64,000 nt of DNA from Eledone cirrhosa (GCA_964016885.1 OZ024740.1:200818001-200882000), one strand, 5' to 3'. Counted from the stretch's first letter, positions 1 through 14,177 are shown. The notes: a model not told the origin generated them from the letters alone. Program-made: numbers and translations.

Positions 1-2395
1 TAGTAGATGACGGACGCGATGTACGCGTTCGCCACCTCCGCGCGATCTTTCAGTCATAGCTTCATCCCAGACCATTTCTGGGTGAGAGTGGCTACCCTGC
101 CCGTCACTTCGTCCCATTTCATATCCACCTGCAGGTCTGGCCCGAACCATATTCCGAGCAACTTTACCGGTCCGTCCGTCCAGCGTTAACGACGCTGTTA
201 GAGGGCATGGACTTGCCTCTCCAGGTGCCGAGTTGCAAGCCCACCGACTTTTCCGGGTTAAGTTTTGCTCCCGTCAACCTTTCATATTCCTCCAATAAGT
301 TGCCGACCACCTCCATTTTTGAGGTGTCCGACGCCATCACGGTGATGTCGTCCGCATAAGCCGACACAGCCTTTCCACGTCCCGGTTCGAGCGGGATGCC
401 CTGCAACAGCTCCAGCTTCCGCAGTAAAGGCTCGACAGTCAAATTGTACAGAAGGGAGGAGAGAGGGCACCCTTGACGGACCGATCGGGAGGCCTGAAAC
501 GGTTCCGAAAGGTGGCCATCTCTTTTTACCATCGAGCAGGTGCCGCTGCGTATTCCAGCGATCCAGCTTCTGAAGAGTGGGCCGAAGCTAGCCGCCTTGA
601 GGACAGCTCCAGGTACCGATGGTCGACCCTATCGAATGCTTTCGATTGATCTAAATTGATTAGAGCCCCACAGAAGCCAGGTTTACACTCTACCCTCTCT
701 ATGATGTATCGCATTAGGTGGAGGTTGTCGTGTATGGACGTGGTTGGGATTGCGCAAGTTTGCGCCTCTCCAACCAAATCCCAGACGACAAGCGCCGACC
801 TCTTCGCTAACACCCTGGCCAAAATCTTAAACTCTGTGTTGAGCAGAGTTATGGGCCTGAAATTGTCTAATGTGTCCCTCTTGTTCTCGTCTTTCCTTAT
901 CAGCGTCACTACGCCCCGGCTCACAGAACTGGGAATACTCCCGTTTTGCTGCCAGTTGCAGTAGAGGGCTTCGAGGAGATTTGAGAACAAGTCTGGCATA
1001 TTTACGTAAAGCTCGTAGGGCTGACCATCCAAACCGGGTGACTTGCGCCTCATGCATCCTGACTCTCGGCTGAAGTAATTGGCCTTTCGCAGCGCCCAGC
1101 GTCAGCCGTCAAGAGTTGCGACAAGCCATCGAGGTAGGGACTGAAGTCCGCCACCATCTCTGACCCGCCACTTCCCCCGAACAACCGACCAAAATATTGG
1201 CGAAAGGCCACACACATCCGCTTGGAATCGGTCAACTCGCGTCCGTCTCGGTCCGTCAAAGGCCGAATCGTGGTTTTATTACCACGCTGCGCCTCTTCCA
1301 CGCGGGCCCATCGAACAGCTTTTGTTCCCTCGTTTCTCAGAGCACGCGCCTTAGCTCTGACAATGCAACCCTCGTGTTTCGCATTGAAGAAATGGTCTAA
1401 TGCCATTCTCGCCACTAGCACATCAGTTGCAATGTCACTACCAATAGCCTCGTCTAACTTATCTACCAACTCCCCCTCCTTTCTATTTTCTCTAACGCTA
1501 CTTCTTTGCTAAACTCTATCGACATTACTCTAATCTCCCTTTTGAGAGCCCCCCACCTTCTATTGTTGACGACTCCCCCTGTCAACTTTTTCTTAACTAA
1601 ATTATTGACCGGGTCCCTGTAAGCCTTATGTGCCGGAAATGACATGTTTAGCTTCCAGTAACCAGATCCTAACCTACGCGTCTTATCTAGGTCGACCATA
1701 CAGATCACAAACTTGTGATCTGAATAGGCGACCGTTTCAAAACGTGGACAGCTTACACTATTTATGTCTATTTTCCTAATGAATATCCTGTCTATATACG
1801 ATCTAGATGACCCTATGCTGTTAGTCCAGGTCCACACTGGCGCATTAGGGAAATCTAGTCGGTACCAGTCAGACAGTTGGAACCGGCTGATCAGGTTCTT
1901 GAGGCTGTTGCACCCCTCGCTCCTATCGGATACTCCCAGACAGTCCCAGCGTGCGTCTAAGATGCCGTTCCAGTCCCCCGCTAACAGTAAAGGGCGAGAC
2001 GTACCCAGAAAGGCTTCCAGGCGTCTAAAGAAGTCCGGCAGTCCTGCCTCTGTAGGAGCATAGATGGCCACCAGTCTAAAGGCAAAGCCTTCGTTATTGT
2101 TCACGTCCAGGACCACCAACTTCCCGTCCGGGTCCCGGAAGATCGACCTTACCTCGAAATCCAGGCCTTTCCTAAACAGGACTGCCACCCTTCCTCCCAT
2201 TCCCGGCCGGCTAACAGATGCAAAGATCTGATAGTCGTCGAAAATGGAGGTTAGAGTGCGCGTGTCGGAAATCCTGGTCTCGCTGACGGCAATTACATCC
2301 ATTTCTAGAGACCTGAGGTCGTTGAGCAGGTGACCCTGCTTCCAGGACGATCCCAGGCCTCGAACATTTAAACATGCTACTCTTAATACGGCCAT
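1..2395 (-). pseudogene. LINE ORF2 (APE endonuclease + reverse transcriptase), frameshifted
   Basis: ORFs 1463..2395 (CLNVRGL, VSETR, GDWN, YIDRIF, SDHK, GYWKLN), 1050..1469, 526..1053 (SPGLDG, FRPITLLNTEFKIL, LDQSKAFDRVDH) and 164..532 (RQGCPLS, YADD). Confidence 0.93.
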
Positions 2396-2970
2396 GTTGG
2401 CAGGTTAAAAAGAGAGAGAGGAAAGGTTTACTTACCTTCCAGGCTCTTGTGAAGGTCGGGTTGTTCGACCTCCATAGTTGGTGGGGTTTCTTTTGGGAAC
2501 CCCTTTAAAAGTCTTGAAGTGGGTTTTACGTTCGGGGTTCCCACGTCCCGAGGAAAGCTGTCTCGTATTTCTTTGAATATGTCGAGCGACATTCGCACCA
2601 GAAACAAATCTTCCGGCACGCGAAATGTGCTCGATTTAAAAATGTCCCCCTCTTTTTGTATATTTTCACTTCGTTCTACGAGGGCCATCAGTTCCTTGTT
2701 GGGCCTCCTGACGAGCACAGAGTTTTGTATGTTTTGTTGGTGTGATTTTATTTGTTTGCGTGGCTGTGGTGGTGATGGTTTTGGTGGTGTTGTTTCGGTT
2801 GTGTCTGTGTTTGTTGTGAGTGCGGTGTCTGTGGTTTCAGATGTTTGTGTGTTTATTTGTTCTTGCGTCTGTTTAGGTTGTTTGCGTTTGGGGGATTCTG
2901 GTGATGGTGATGGTGGTGTTGGCGTTGGTGTTATTGGAGAGATGTTTGCGTGGGTGGTGTCTGCGGATTT

Positions 2971-4462
2971 TTATTGTGGGTGATTTTGTGCTTTGTTGAT
3001 TTTTTTTTTTTTTTGTGTTTCCTTTTTGTATTTGGTGGATTTTGGTTTTCCCTCATCTTCACTACTGGTAGATGAGGCGTCTGTGTCTGTAAGTGTGTCT
3101 GTGTGTATGTTTATGGTTTTATTGGTGTGTGTATTTTGGGGGGGAGAGGAAATTTGACAGCTTTCCTCGTTTCCCCCTGGGTGGTCAATGTTGGTGGTGG
3201 TCTTTCTATTGGTGTTGTTGTTGGTGGTTTTGCCGGTGCTGGTGTTGGTTGTGGTCCTCGCCCCGGCGTCGGCAGCAGTGGAGCCTTTCGACCCCTTGCC
3301 TCTTTCAGCAGTTGAGGGCAGAAGGCTCGCAAATGGGTTTTTTCCCCACAAACAAAACAATGCGCCCTTTTGCCTTCGGTCATAATGTGAATGACCGTCC
3401 CATTCTGAGAGTGGATGTAGTCTGGGATTGTCTTCACATTCTCGGGCCTGATCTGGAGAAGGATCTCCAGGTCAAACTCGGTCCAGTCCTCTCTGGCCGT
3501 TCTAGTCACTTCTATAGGGACGGTATCCGTCCCCTCCACAATCACACATCCCAGAAGCCACCACGTGTCAAGTCCTGGTGGGATTCTAGGAATGAGGAGA
3601 CGTGCCGTTCTTTTTCCCATGTGGGAGGGGTACATTATGACCTTGCTGGTTTTTCAAGGAGTCATAGCGTGTTTCATAGCGAGGACTTCTAACTTGAACA
3701 ACACCAAAAAGGTGCCGTACAGTCTGCCCCTCTCTATGTATTCGGTATCTTCTCTGATGCACCTCAGCGCGACTTCGACATCTGCTTGTGGGATTAAAGC
3801 TGCCATTTTGGTTTGTGCTGAGATGCATCTATAATGCACCGTTCTGCGCTCCATTGCCTCAATAGCTTCTAGCGGGACAGTTAAGTTGGCCCAGGTTTGC
3901 TCTTGCTTGATGAGCTTCCATGCCTGGGCCAACTGTTCATCTTTGTTTGAGAGGTCCATGTTTAAGCATGGCTTCTTTTTTGCTGCTGCCGCAGCGAAAG
4001 TGTTCTTTTTGTATTCGTTGGGGCGTTGTTGTCGTTGTCGTTGTTGTTGTTATCACTGTCGCTGTTATCATTGTTGTCTTTGTTGCCACCGTTGTTCTCG
4101 GTGCAGTTGGTATTGTTGCTGTTCGTGTTGTCGCTATTTGTTTTCATGTTAGTGGTGTTGATATTATTGTTGCATTTGTCATTTTCTTTTTTGTTATCTG
4201 TATTTACGTTGTCGCTGCTACTGTCATTTTTTTCAAAATTAGAGTTCTCATTGGTATCATTGGTGTCTTTGTTTACATTGTTTGTGGTGGTGTTTGTGTT
4301 ATCAATTTGTGTTAATTTCGCTTTAGCGCTCCTCTCAACTTCTACGTCGTTGTCGCACGACAGCAGACATATCGCTGGGGGGCGTGGCTCAGCCATGTTT
4401 TTTTTCTCCGTAAACTTTTTAAAATGTAAAAAAAGTTCAAATATTTGGGCTAAAAGGCCCAA
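2971..4462 (-). pseudogene. LINE ORF1 (gag-like), fragmented, with Asn-rich N-terminus and Pro/Thr-rich C-terminus
   Basis: CFVCGEKTHLRAFC (CX2CX4HX4C) in ORF 3111..3635; adjacent ORF pieces 3654..3959 and 3962..4462 lie upstream of ORF2. Confidence 0.8.
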
Positions 4463-4589
4463 ATATTATACTTCCCCTTCACAGGGCAAAGTCTAAGGGC
4501 TTATATCCCGTACACAACAAGAAATATTTAACAACAAATAATTTAAACAGGCAAATAAAGCGACTTACTGGGAGCGAGCAAAATACATC

Positions 4590-4599
4590 CGATTAGACC

Positions 4600-4645
<46 letters not shown>
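4590..4645. repeat. (AAT)n microsatellite
   Basis: Direct reading. Confidence 0.95.
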
Positions 4646-4650
<5 letters not shown>

Positions 4651-4811
4651 AAGGACGGCACAATCCCTATATATGTATATATATATATATATTTAGAGAG
4701 AGAGAGATTTTGGGAGGGTCATGTTGCAAATAAAAATATGCGCACCTATTCGTTTTCATTTCAATTTATTACAAATTTTCCAGTTAGTTATTGTCGTGAT
4801 TTTCAAACTTC

Positions 4812-4953
<142 letters not shown>

Positions 4954-5847
4954 TATATATATATATAGTAATAATAATAAATTTGAAGACTTAAATCTAA
5001 GAAGGAATATGACGTCACTTTCAGCTTATATCTGGAGTCTAAAAGACAACCACACCCAATATAAGTTACACTGGGAGATCCTAGCTAGGGCTAGATCGTA
5101 TAACGGAAATAAAAGACAATGTGACCTCTGCGCCGCTGAGGCCCTGGAAATACTCTACGCCACAGACCACATCATAAACAAAAAATCTGAGGCAATTTCG
5201 GCTTCTAAACATAAATTGCACAAAACTTTCCTGTATTACAGCCCCACGCTATACCCTAACGGATAGTACGATTTATACGTGGATATTTTACGTCTTGATG
5301 TGGGAGCTAAGTATGTTTTGCTTATACCATTACTTATTTGCATAGGTAAGTATATTTTACCCGTATGTTTTGTGAAGGTACGTATACCTTCTCGTACATA
5401 TATTTGATTGTTTATGTTATGGCGTATAATTTTATATATTCTGGTACATATGGTTTGGCTATGTGTATACGGGAGTTTTGCGTCTGTGCGAGTATGCAGG
5501 TTCGTACGTATGTTGGGTGTGTGTATATGTGTACTTCATATTTTGGTTGACTTACGTCTCCGAACATTCGTGTATTTACATGTAGGTATGTGTGTGCGCT
5601 TGTTATACACGTAATTATTTATTTATATACGTTTATATAATTATTTATTTATTTGTATACACGCATACACACACATATTTATATGTGCGTGGTTTTGTAT
5701 ACCGATGGTAAGTGTTCTGCGTATGCTTGTGTATGTACGTATTTGTTTGCGTGTATGTATTTATTTATTTCTATTACTTCTGTATTGTATTTATTTACTT
5801 TGCTCTTAACTCTGTAGCGGAGATTCATTCGGTCTCCTAGTTAGAAT

Positions 5848-6120
5848 TTTAGTCTACGACTTCTGCTATACCATTTACGTGGTTTTGTCTTTGCGTGCTA
5901 TTGTTCTCCACGCTCCACATATGACGTATTATCTTCGTTTTTTTCGTTCATTGCCAGAGAACGTCTCTATGAACCACCTAAGAGAACTTTAGTCTACGAC
6001 CTCTTTTATACCATAAACGTGGTTCTGTCTTTGCGCGTAATTGTTTTTCACCGCTCCTATTAATGACGTATTATATTCGTTTTTTCCCGTTCTTTGCCAG
6101 CGAACGTTTCCACGAACCAA
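5848..6120 (+). repeat. Two diverged ~140-bp tandem units in the PLE 3' UTR
   Basis: ttagtctacgac...gaacca repeated at ~5849 and ~5989. Confidence 0.85.
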
Positions 6121-6197
6121 AGTATCGTCTTCCTGTCTTCCTCCGGTTGCAACGTTTTTTGAAATATCCACTTCTGCGTTTACAGATTGACTTTGTT

Positions 6198-6248
6198 AGT
6201 TTCAGAAGATCCCGTTAAGGGTGAAAGCAGCGATTCTTTGCTTAAACT
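6198..6248 (+). ncRNA. Type I hammerhead-like motif with variant core (CAGAAGA)
   Basis: agttt-CAGAAGA-t-ccc-gttaa-ggg-t-GAAA-gcag...ttgc-TT-aaact; stems I-III pair. Confidence 0.55.
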
Positions 6249-6264
6249 TTAATCTGTTATTTTA

Positions 6265-6299
<35 letters not shown>

Positions 6300-6303
<4 letters not shown>

Positions 6304-9300
6304 GAAGTAAGGAACAAGTCATCCTCCCGAGAAAATTACGAATTAGAGATTACATCGGAACTAAACCAAGAAACTAAAAAAGACTAAATCTAGCACTCCA
6401 GAAACTTGAGACTGAAATCACCCTGCTTCGTCTAAGAGTGCCAAAATTCAAATAAAAAGTTGAAAAATGCGACACCACCATTCGAGAAGAAATAAACAAA
6501 AGAAGCAGCAGCAATGTACGTGAAAGACTCTTTGACCTATGGAAGACCGATACAACCAGGGAGGAATTAATATCAAAGAAAATTTTGGAGTCAAGATCAC
6601 AATGGCTACAAGTCTATGAAAAGAACTATGGGATAGACCAAATGAAAACCAGAAAACAAGCCCATAAGAAACCCTCAAATTCGGGAATATTCAAAAATAC
6701 AAGAAATGAAGAATTCTTACGCAATAAACAAACATTAACCAGAGATCGGAGAATTTCAAACACAATTATTCACAGACCTAATACTAAACACCAGAACCAG
6801 ATACAACTACTGTCAAAACCTAAAGAACAATTTCCAGCGGCAAAATCAAAGACATAAAATGACCGAATTGAACAACAGACGAACCAGAACCCGATATATC
6901 AACCACCAAACAAGACCCTACCGTTCAATGATCAACATAAAATGCCAGCGAACAGAATATTTCACCACAACAGAAACACCCCTATCTCAAATGGGAATTA
7001 TTTTTTAGGACAAGGTGCTCCCCATCAGATGAAGGGAAAAGAAAACACGACCCTTCAAGTGGCAACTGACAAGAAAAACCTAAAGGAATAAAAAATAATC
7101 AACATATTGGCCAAGAAACTAACACAGCAGAAAACCAAACTGCTAGAAAATGGACTGAAGTTCACACCCACTCCGAAAGCAGATCCAGCCGACCTTATAA
7201 AAGACACTGATTTTTGTCAAAAATTACGTCTAGAAGAACTCTTCAAGGGTGTAGAATACGAGGAGGAATCACTAGTGAAAAAGATAAAGAACTTCAAACC
7301 CCCGTTAAATAGACACAAACACATGGAGGAATATTTAACCTGCCTACGACGATCGGTACAGTCAAATATTGCAGAGACGAAACACAAACGCAATATTCCT
7401 ACAGACCAACTGCTAGCACTAAACAAGCTACAAAACGACTCCTCAATAATCATAAAGAAGCTGACAAAGGTGGAGCAATCATCACCATGGACAAAAAACC
7501 ACTAGAACAGTTGAATGACGAAGGTTTTTACAGGAAAATCAGCAAAGGCGAAGAAAGAAAATCGATGATTCAAGTAGATCAACTGACAACAAAGTACCAA
7601 AATAACCTCCCACTAAAGGAAATCAATTACTTAACCAACTTCGAAATGAAAACCAGCAATTTTTATGAATTGCCGAAAGTTCACAAATCCAGAGAAATCC
7701 AAAACAACATAAAAGGCAAAAAAACACCATATGTCGAAGTACCAAAACCGACAGATTTAAAATTACGCCCAATTGTTGCTGGTCCGGCGTCAAGCACACA
7801 ATGTCTAAGCAACCTATTAGACATCATACTGAACCCTTATGTAAAAAAGTGCCAAGCTTCATCAGTGATATGGAATTCTGAACTATATACCCCAGAAAGT
7901 ACACCAAGAAACAATCTTAGTCAGCTTTGACGCGACAAGCTTATAGACTAACATCCCACGCGGCTTAGGAATTGAAGCTGTTGATTTCTGGATTATAAAG
8001 CACCCAGACTGCATTTCAGAGAGATTCCTAAAATAGTTTATTTTGGAAGGACTCAAATTAGTATTGGAGAACAACCACTTCCTACTTGATAACGTACTGT
8101 TTTTATAAATAAAAGGAACGACCCTGGGCACCAAAGTAGCCCCAACATATGTAACACTCGTTATGGGTCACCTAGAGGCAAAATTGTATTCCCAGCTGCA
8201 GTAAACGTTCAGTCACGACTTCACCACCTACATTAATAACAGCTGGAAACGTTACCTAGACGACTGCTTCATCTTCTGGAATAGAAGCTAAGAAGACCTG
8301 CAAAGATTTTATTCCATCATAAACAGGCTTCCCCAAGCAATAAAATTTACCATGGAATGTAATAATAAGGAACTACCGCTTCTGGATATCGTTATCATTA
8401 AAGAAGGGGAAAATATCAAAACAGAGCTATTTTACAAACCAACAGACACACACCGATAGTTGAATTTCCAATCAGCACACCCATCACATACCAAAAAGAA
8501 CATTCCCTTTAACAAGACAAGACGCATTTGCACCATAGTAAGACCCCCCCACACACACACACACACACTAGAGAAAAAAGATTATATGAACTAAAAGGGT
8601 TCCTTAAAAGACAAGAATATCCAGTGAACCTCATCAATATGGCCATCTCCAAGGCCCAGAACATCCCAGTAACAACACTGAGAAAAACAAACCAACAAAA
8701 TAAAAAGGAAAAAACAGTTATCACACAAAATCCAAGGAACTTCAACATTGTGAAAGTCGCTAAACAATATATCCTGATTCTCCAACAGTCCCCCAAAATG
8801 ACTGCACTTATAAAGACTCACAAATAATATATAGTAGACGTCAAGCATCTGTAGCGACCTGGTTAGTCAGTCTAGTCACTACTTCTGATCAGATCCGAGA
8901 ATAGCTCTTAGAAGGACTCTTATCGCATACGGTCTGATCAGATCTGAAGATAGCCCTTAAAAGGACTGTTGTCGCATATAGCCCTTAAAAGAACTGTTGA
9001 GGATGGACAGACGAAAGCACAAGTTGAAAGGACGAAGCAAGGCGAGATGTAAATTCGAACAGCTATTTATTTTCACATGAAGCGACGATACGAGGTACAA
9101 GGCGTGTGTGAGTGACAAAGCGTGGCAGAGGCGAGGAACAACGATGCGCTAGCTGACTCTGCCAAAAGTCGACTGGCGAAGTGTTTGGAACCACTCTATT
9201 TATACAGAAACAATCGTTTGTGTTTAACCGTGTGTAGGCGTTTATTCTGGTAGCTTTTAAGGGTTCTTTTGTTTCACGTTGCGGTAGCTAGCTAACAGGT

Positions 9301-9900
9301 AGATGGCGCTGTATATTTCACAGATGTTATTTCCGGTGTGTGTACACATCCAATCTAAAAAATAAGTACCAAGGCAGAATTTACCTCTGACAATAAAACA
9401 ATGTAAGTTCAAAAATGCGGGGACCCTCGATGCCGAACTTGTGAATACATTGAAGAAGGTGGGCAAATCTTTAAAAACAATGAGATTTTCAAAGTTAATG
9501 CAAACATGAATTGCAAAACAAAAAATTTAATTTACTGTGCAATCTGCCCACAATGTAAAGAATATTACATGAGTGAAACCGGAACGGGTCTACATGTTCG
9601 TGTACATAAACAACAAATTAGGGACTTCTCTGTCAGAAACACTATATGCTGTGAACACTTCGTATCATGCGGAAAGGGAAAATTCAGAATCTTTCCCTTC
9701 TTTAAGTTATGGTTGTACAACGAACATTTCCGGAAATATAAAGAAGAATCCATCATTAGAAAGTGCAAACCGCTCAGAACACAGAAAAAATGACATTCCA
9801 TCTGCAAATAACAGGATTCTCACTTTTCTTTTTAAACCGCATGTTGAAAAAAGAAAAATATCCAAATAGAAGTGGATGACTTTGAAACATTGGATCGTTG
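6300..9900 (+). mobile_element. Near full-length but decayed Penelope-like element (Neptune-like RT + GIY-YIG)
   Basis: LLENGLKFTPTP; FYELPKVHK; LRPIVAGPAS; ...WKRYLDDCF (8243-8270); RRICTIV; MNCKTKNLIYCAICPQCKEYY.SETG...HKQQIR. Many stops and frameshifts. Confidence 0.9.
8850..9346 (-). mobile_element. Solo LTR (gypsy-type) inserted in the PLE
   Basis: TGTA...TACA termini; 4-bp TSD CATC (8846-8849 and 9347-9350); AATAAA on the minus strand near 9065. Removing it restores the PLE motif RRQASNLK. Confidence 0.88.
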
Positions 9901-10079
9901 AAGAGAACAACCCTCGGAGATACACTACCATTTCACTAATTCCCACCCACAATGTATATGTGAACTTAAATACTTGAGTAGATGTGTACACATATGTGTG
10001 TGTAGATGTGTATGTGTATGCATATATATATATTAAATATAGAAAGGCCTTGTATATTGATTTTTATACTCTGCTATGT

Positions 10080-10120
<41 letters not shown>

Positions 10121-10974
10121 GTGTGTGTGTGTTTATATATGTATATATAAGTATATATGTGTGAGTGCATGTGCATGTGTAAATATATGGGTATATATGA
10201 AATAGAATATGTACATGGGCTGTATGTAGGTTTACATGTACGGAAGAAAATATGGGAGCTAGCATGATCCCCCACCACCTCCCCTCCCAAACCAATATCA
10301 ACAACATATATTTCTGTCAACAAATATTCCAAAACTAACCTTATTTCTCTCTTTGCTGTCATCCCCTTTTTACCAAAATAAATGTATCTTACATCCCGTT
10401 AACCGCCCCACCCACGACTCGCACACAAATACAACTTTTATATAAAAAATTGGTGAGGTTTTTCTTTATAAATTTAAGATAATTTATTCAGCTATAAGAA
10501 AATAATTTGAAAAGCATCTGGCCATTATATTTAATTCACCAATGGCGGTCTATTGAAATGGAACCAGCAGGAGGGCACTTTCACAAGCCCTTTTCTAAAA
10601 CACTCCCAACCCCAGCACCTCCCAAATCCACTCCCAATCAATTATCTTGCTGTTACAATTCACTATTTTCCGTATATATGTATATATGCTTTAATTCCTT
10701 TAAATCTTCATCAACATTCCTTCACTCCCACACTCATTACCCCACCCTCCGACACACCAAAATCTCTTATATAGAGAGTCACACATCACAACACATCCTG
10801 AGATCAGTTTGACAATCGCCACGAATGAATCTGAGAAAGTTCTCCGGGAAAGTTAACCAGGAATCTTTAAAACTTCTCCCCACCTAAGTTAACAAAGAAC
10901 TTACTAGATCTACCAAACCAAATTGTAAAAATCAACATAATATTATAAAAACTACTAGTGAAGTCATTCTTTTC

Positions 10975-11011
<37 letters not shown>

Positions 11012-11013
<2 letters not shown>

Positions 11014-11570
11014 CCAAAAGTTAAACAAGGTTCCTTGATCAATGAATATAGTTTTACAATAGATTAGAAGCATTCAAAAGTTAGGTTTTCTGGAGTTTTT
11101 AATAATACTTCAAAATATTAATAAATATAGACATTCATGTGATCAAATATATTTTATTATATATATTTCAGAGGTACTGAGCTGTTTCATCAGTACGTCC
11201 TCATCAGATAAAATAAATTGATGTCTGACATACCTCAACTGTGCTGATGGTTCAATTCCAGTTTTGGCAGTCAAAACTGGAATTGAAATTAAAACGTGCG
11301 AAACTACAGCCGGTCTGAGAGTTGAAGTGGTTAAAAGATGTCAGATCTTAGTCTCGATCATTTTCTTCCTGTCCTACTTTCTCCTTATTACTTATGTGGG
11401 CCAACACACTTCTAGCCGCTGATTTCCGTCGTTCGAGGAAACTTTTACCGAATGCCGTGATTGACGGCATTTTCATCTTTTAACAGCTATTCTTGCGTTG
11501 AGATTTTCTCATTATTCTATAATTTCTAATACTCTCGCGCTCCAATTCTGTCTTCGAGAAAACTTTGTAT
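11012..11570 (-). mobile_element. Short non-coding hammerhead-bearing element (PLE pLTR or retrozyme-like) between (TA)n tracts
   Basis: Contains the hammerhead at 11150-11215 and a 16-bp-stem hairpin at 11251-11287; no ORF. Confidence 0.6.
11150..11215 (-). ncRNA. Type I hammerhead ribozyme
   Basis: Minus strand: tattttat-CTGATGA-ggacgtactga...tcagtacctc-t-GAAA-tatata-TA-ataaaata. Confidence 0.85.
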
Positions 11571-11599
11571 ATATATATATACAAAGTTATATATATATA

Positions 11600-12140
11600 T
11601 ATATGAATGTATATACAGTGTATTTTGCAATACACTGTATGCTTAATTAAAAGCATTTTGAAGACCAGACGCTATTGTTTTAAAATAGCGACATTGTCGC
11701 TTACTTAAATTTCGGCAGACAGTGGAAGATAAGTTGACAGCTCTGTTTCGTACTTTTTGGTACTTATCAAAACTCACTACTCTCCCCGTCTGCCGAAAAT
11801 TATGTGTGTTGGATTCTTATAGAATTCCAGTAACAATTAGGAACTGATTTTACAGAACGGTCGCCAGCCCATCAGAAATTGAAAATTAGAATTGGTGCTC
11901 TGAAATAGCGATATATATATATGAATGTATATACAGTGTATTTTGCAATACACTGTATGCTTAATTAAAAGCATTTTGAAGACCATACGTTATTGTTTTA
12001 AAGTAGCGACATTGTCGCTTACTTAAATTTTCGGTAGACAGAGGGAGATAAGTTGACAGCTCTGTTTCGTACTTTTTGGTACTTATCAAAATTCACTACT
12101 CTCTCTGTCTGCCGAAAATTATGTGTGTTGGATTCTTTCC
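11600..12140. repeat. Direct duplication of a ~215-bp hairpin-rich unit (~11600-11817 and ~11918-12136)
   Basis: Near-identical atgaatgtatatacagtgtattttgcaatacactgtat...gtctgccgaaaattatgtgtgttggattct in both copies. Confidence 0.9.
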
Positions 12141-12378
12141 TAATCTGCTTCGTAGAATCAAGACGTATCTGAGGACCTTGCGATTTTCAGAGTCAGTCTC
12201 GATCATTACATCGATCGTGGCTCGAGATGGTCGCCAGAGAAACGATTGCAATATGTCCAATAAATTCCATTCGTCGCAACACTGATTCTCTTTTTTTTGT
12301 GATATCACACTCTGCTCTATGAGAGCATCGAGTGCTCAAACGGCCTACCGCATACGGATGCTTTAAGCATCCAACAGC

Positions 12379-12522
<144 letters not shown>

Positions 12523-12553
12523 TATATGTGTATATATATATATATATATACAC

Positions 12554-12586
<33 letters not shown>

Positions 12587-12615
12587 TATATACACATATA
12601 TATATGTATATACAT

Positions 12616-12681
<66 letters not shown>

Positions 12682-12686
12682 GCGTA

Positions 12687-12719
<33 letters not shown>

Positions 12720-12721
12720 AT

Positions 12722-13057
12722 ATTGAAAAAAGTGGAAGGTTCTATATAAAACAGGTTATAGAAAAAAATGTAGGAATAGAAACAGTAGGGAAATATATCT
12801 AAAGTATTTGTTTCTCTTACTTTCTTCTTTCATCCGTCAAAGTGACATTGAAAAAATGAGAATAATTTTTTTTAATACAGGAGTTTTATAAAGTTTATAA
12901 GATATATAAAATATTACCGGCTTTAAATATCTTATATACTGCATAAAACTCGTTTTTTTTTTTAAATTGTTCTTCTCATTTTATCAATAATATCACTTTG
13001 ACGGATCAAAGGAGAAAAAAAGAAAAACAGATTCTTTAAATATATTCCCGTGCTGTT

Positions 13058-13060
<3 letters not shown>
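12722..13060. repeat. Imperfect palindrome (12778-13060) with left tail; homologous to the PLE 3' end at 54340-54560
   Basis: agaaacagtagggaaatatat...atccgtcaaagtga mirrored by tcactttgacggat...atatattcccgtgctgtttct. Confidence 0.75.
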
Positions 13061-13109
<49 letters not shown>

Positions 13110-13225
13110 TGTATGGTCTTTAAAGCGATGAAATACCAATGAAGGTTGGAAGATCACTGATGAAGGACTAAATTTATTCATATGTAACCCAATTGCAACC
13201 ACGCAGCACGCCATGTTTTCGAATT

Positions 13226-13325
<100 letters not shown>

Positions 13326-13327
13326 TT

Positions 13328-14085
13328 ATAACAAAGAAGGTGTGGAGAGCTACCAGGTAGACTATAACACACCAGAGTACTCGATACTTAGTGTAGTAGG
13401 GTGGGTAGTAGTGAAAAGAACCCTTACGGTTAGCTCCGACGATTCCACAGCTAGATCCGAACTAAGCCACCAGTGTTAGAATAGCAGGAATCTAGCTGAA
13501 CCAATCAAGGGGTGCAGTTCATATATGGGCATGCAGTCAAAACAAAAAAGCAGAAATATCAAAGCAAAAGATCCTAAAAGTTTGTTGTCACGGGGAGTGG
13601 TCAATGATCTGCAGTGTCATGTATATAGTTAAAATTCCTTCATAGATGCGGGGATGGGGATGAACAGGCCTGAAGAATAAGGGGAAGGAGTAAGAAGAGT
13701 AAGTCTGACCTGTGGCTGACAAATCAGTCAGGCATTAAGAGAGAAATCTATACAACTATCTTTCATTTATAGAATCGGTAAACTACAATTGAAAGAGGTA
13801 AGAATATAATTGTAAGAATCGAAGACGGTAGTTAGGGAGTTTAAGTTAAGTATGCCTCATTTAACACTGAGCTAAAGAGCAAAGCATTTAAATGTTATTA
13901 CTAATTCAAATTATTTGCTTTGATATTTCGGCTTTGTTTGTATTGACTACACGCCCCTTATATGGACTGTACCTCTACATAAGTTCAGTTAGATTCCCGC
14001 TCTTCTAATACTGCTGGCTTAGTTCGGATCTAGCTGTCGAAACGGCCGGAGCTCAGCCGTCGGGGTCCTGACTCTTTTCCCTATA
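13328..14085. mobile_element. Fold-back repeat family F, old copy with ~170-bp arms
   Basis: Shares the tail and arm sequence with 28618-28815; arms ~13405-13567 and ~13913-14085 are inverted. Confidence 0.75.
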
Positions 14086-14093
14086 TACATGTG

Positions 14094-14177
<84 letters not shown>

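Larger units (their letters stand above)
1..4590 (-). mobile_element. L1/Tx1-clade non-LTR retrotransposon, decayed; 5' end present, 3' end beyond window start
   Basis: Two-ORF layout on the minus strand: ORF1 with a CCHC knuckle, then APE endonuclease and RT motifs. The putative 5' end abuts an (AAT)n tract at ~4590. Confidence 0.92.
4980..6270 (+). mobile_element. 5'-truncated Penelope-like element, Naiad-like GIY-YIG C-terminus plus 3' UTR
   Basis: [12 protein letters not shown]...[12 protein letters not shown]...[11 protein letters not shown]...INKKSE...KHK at ~5010-5266; hammerhead-like motif at the 3' end; (TA)n on both sides. Confidence 0.8.

Noticed and set aside
2519-4496. Hydrophobic plus-strand ORFs
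   Set aside because: They are antisense shadows of the low-complexity LINE ORF1.
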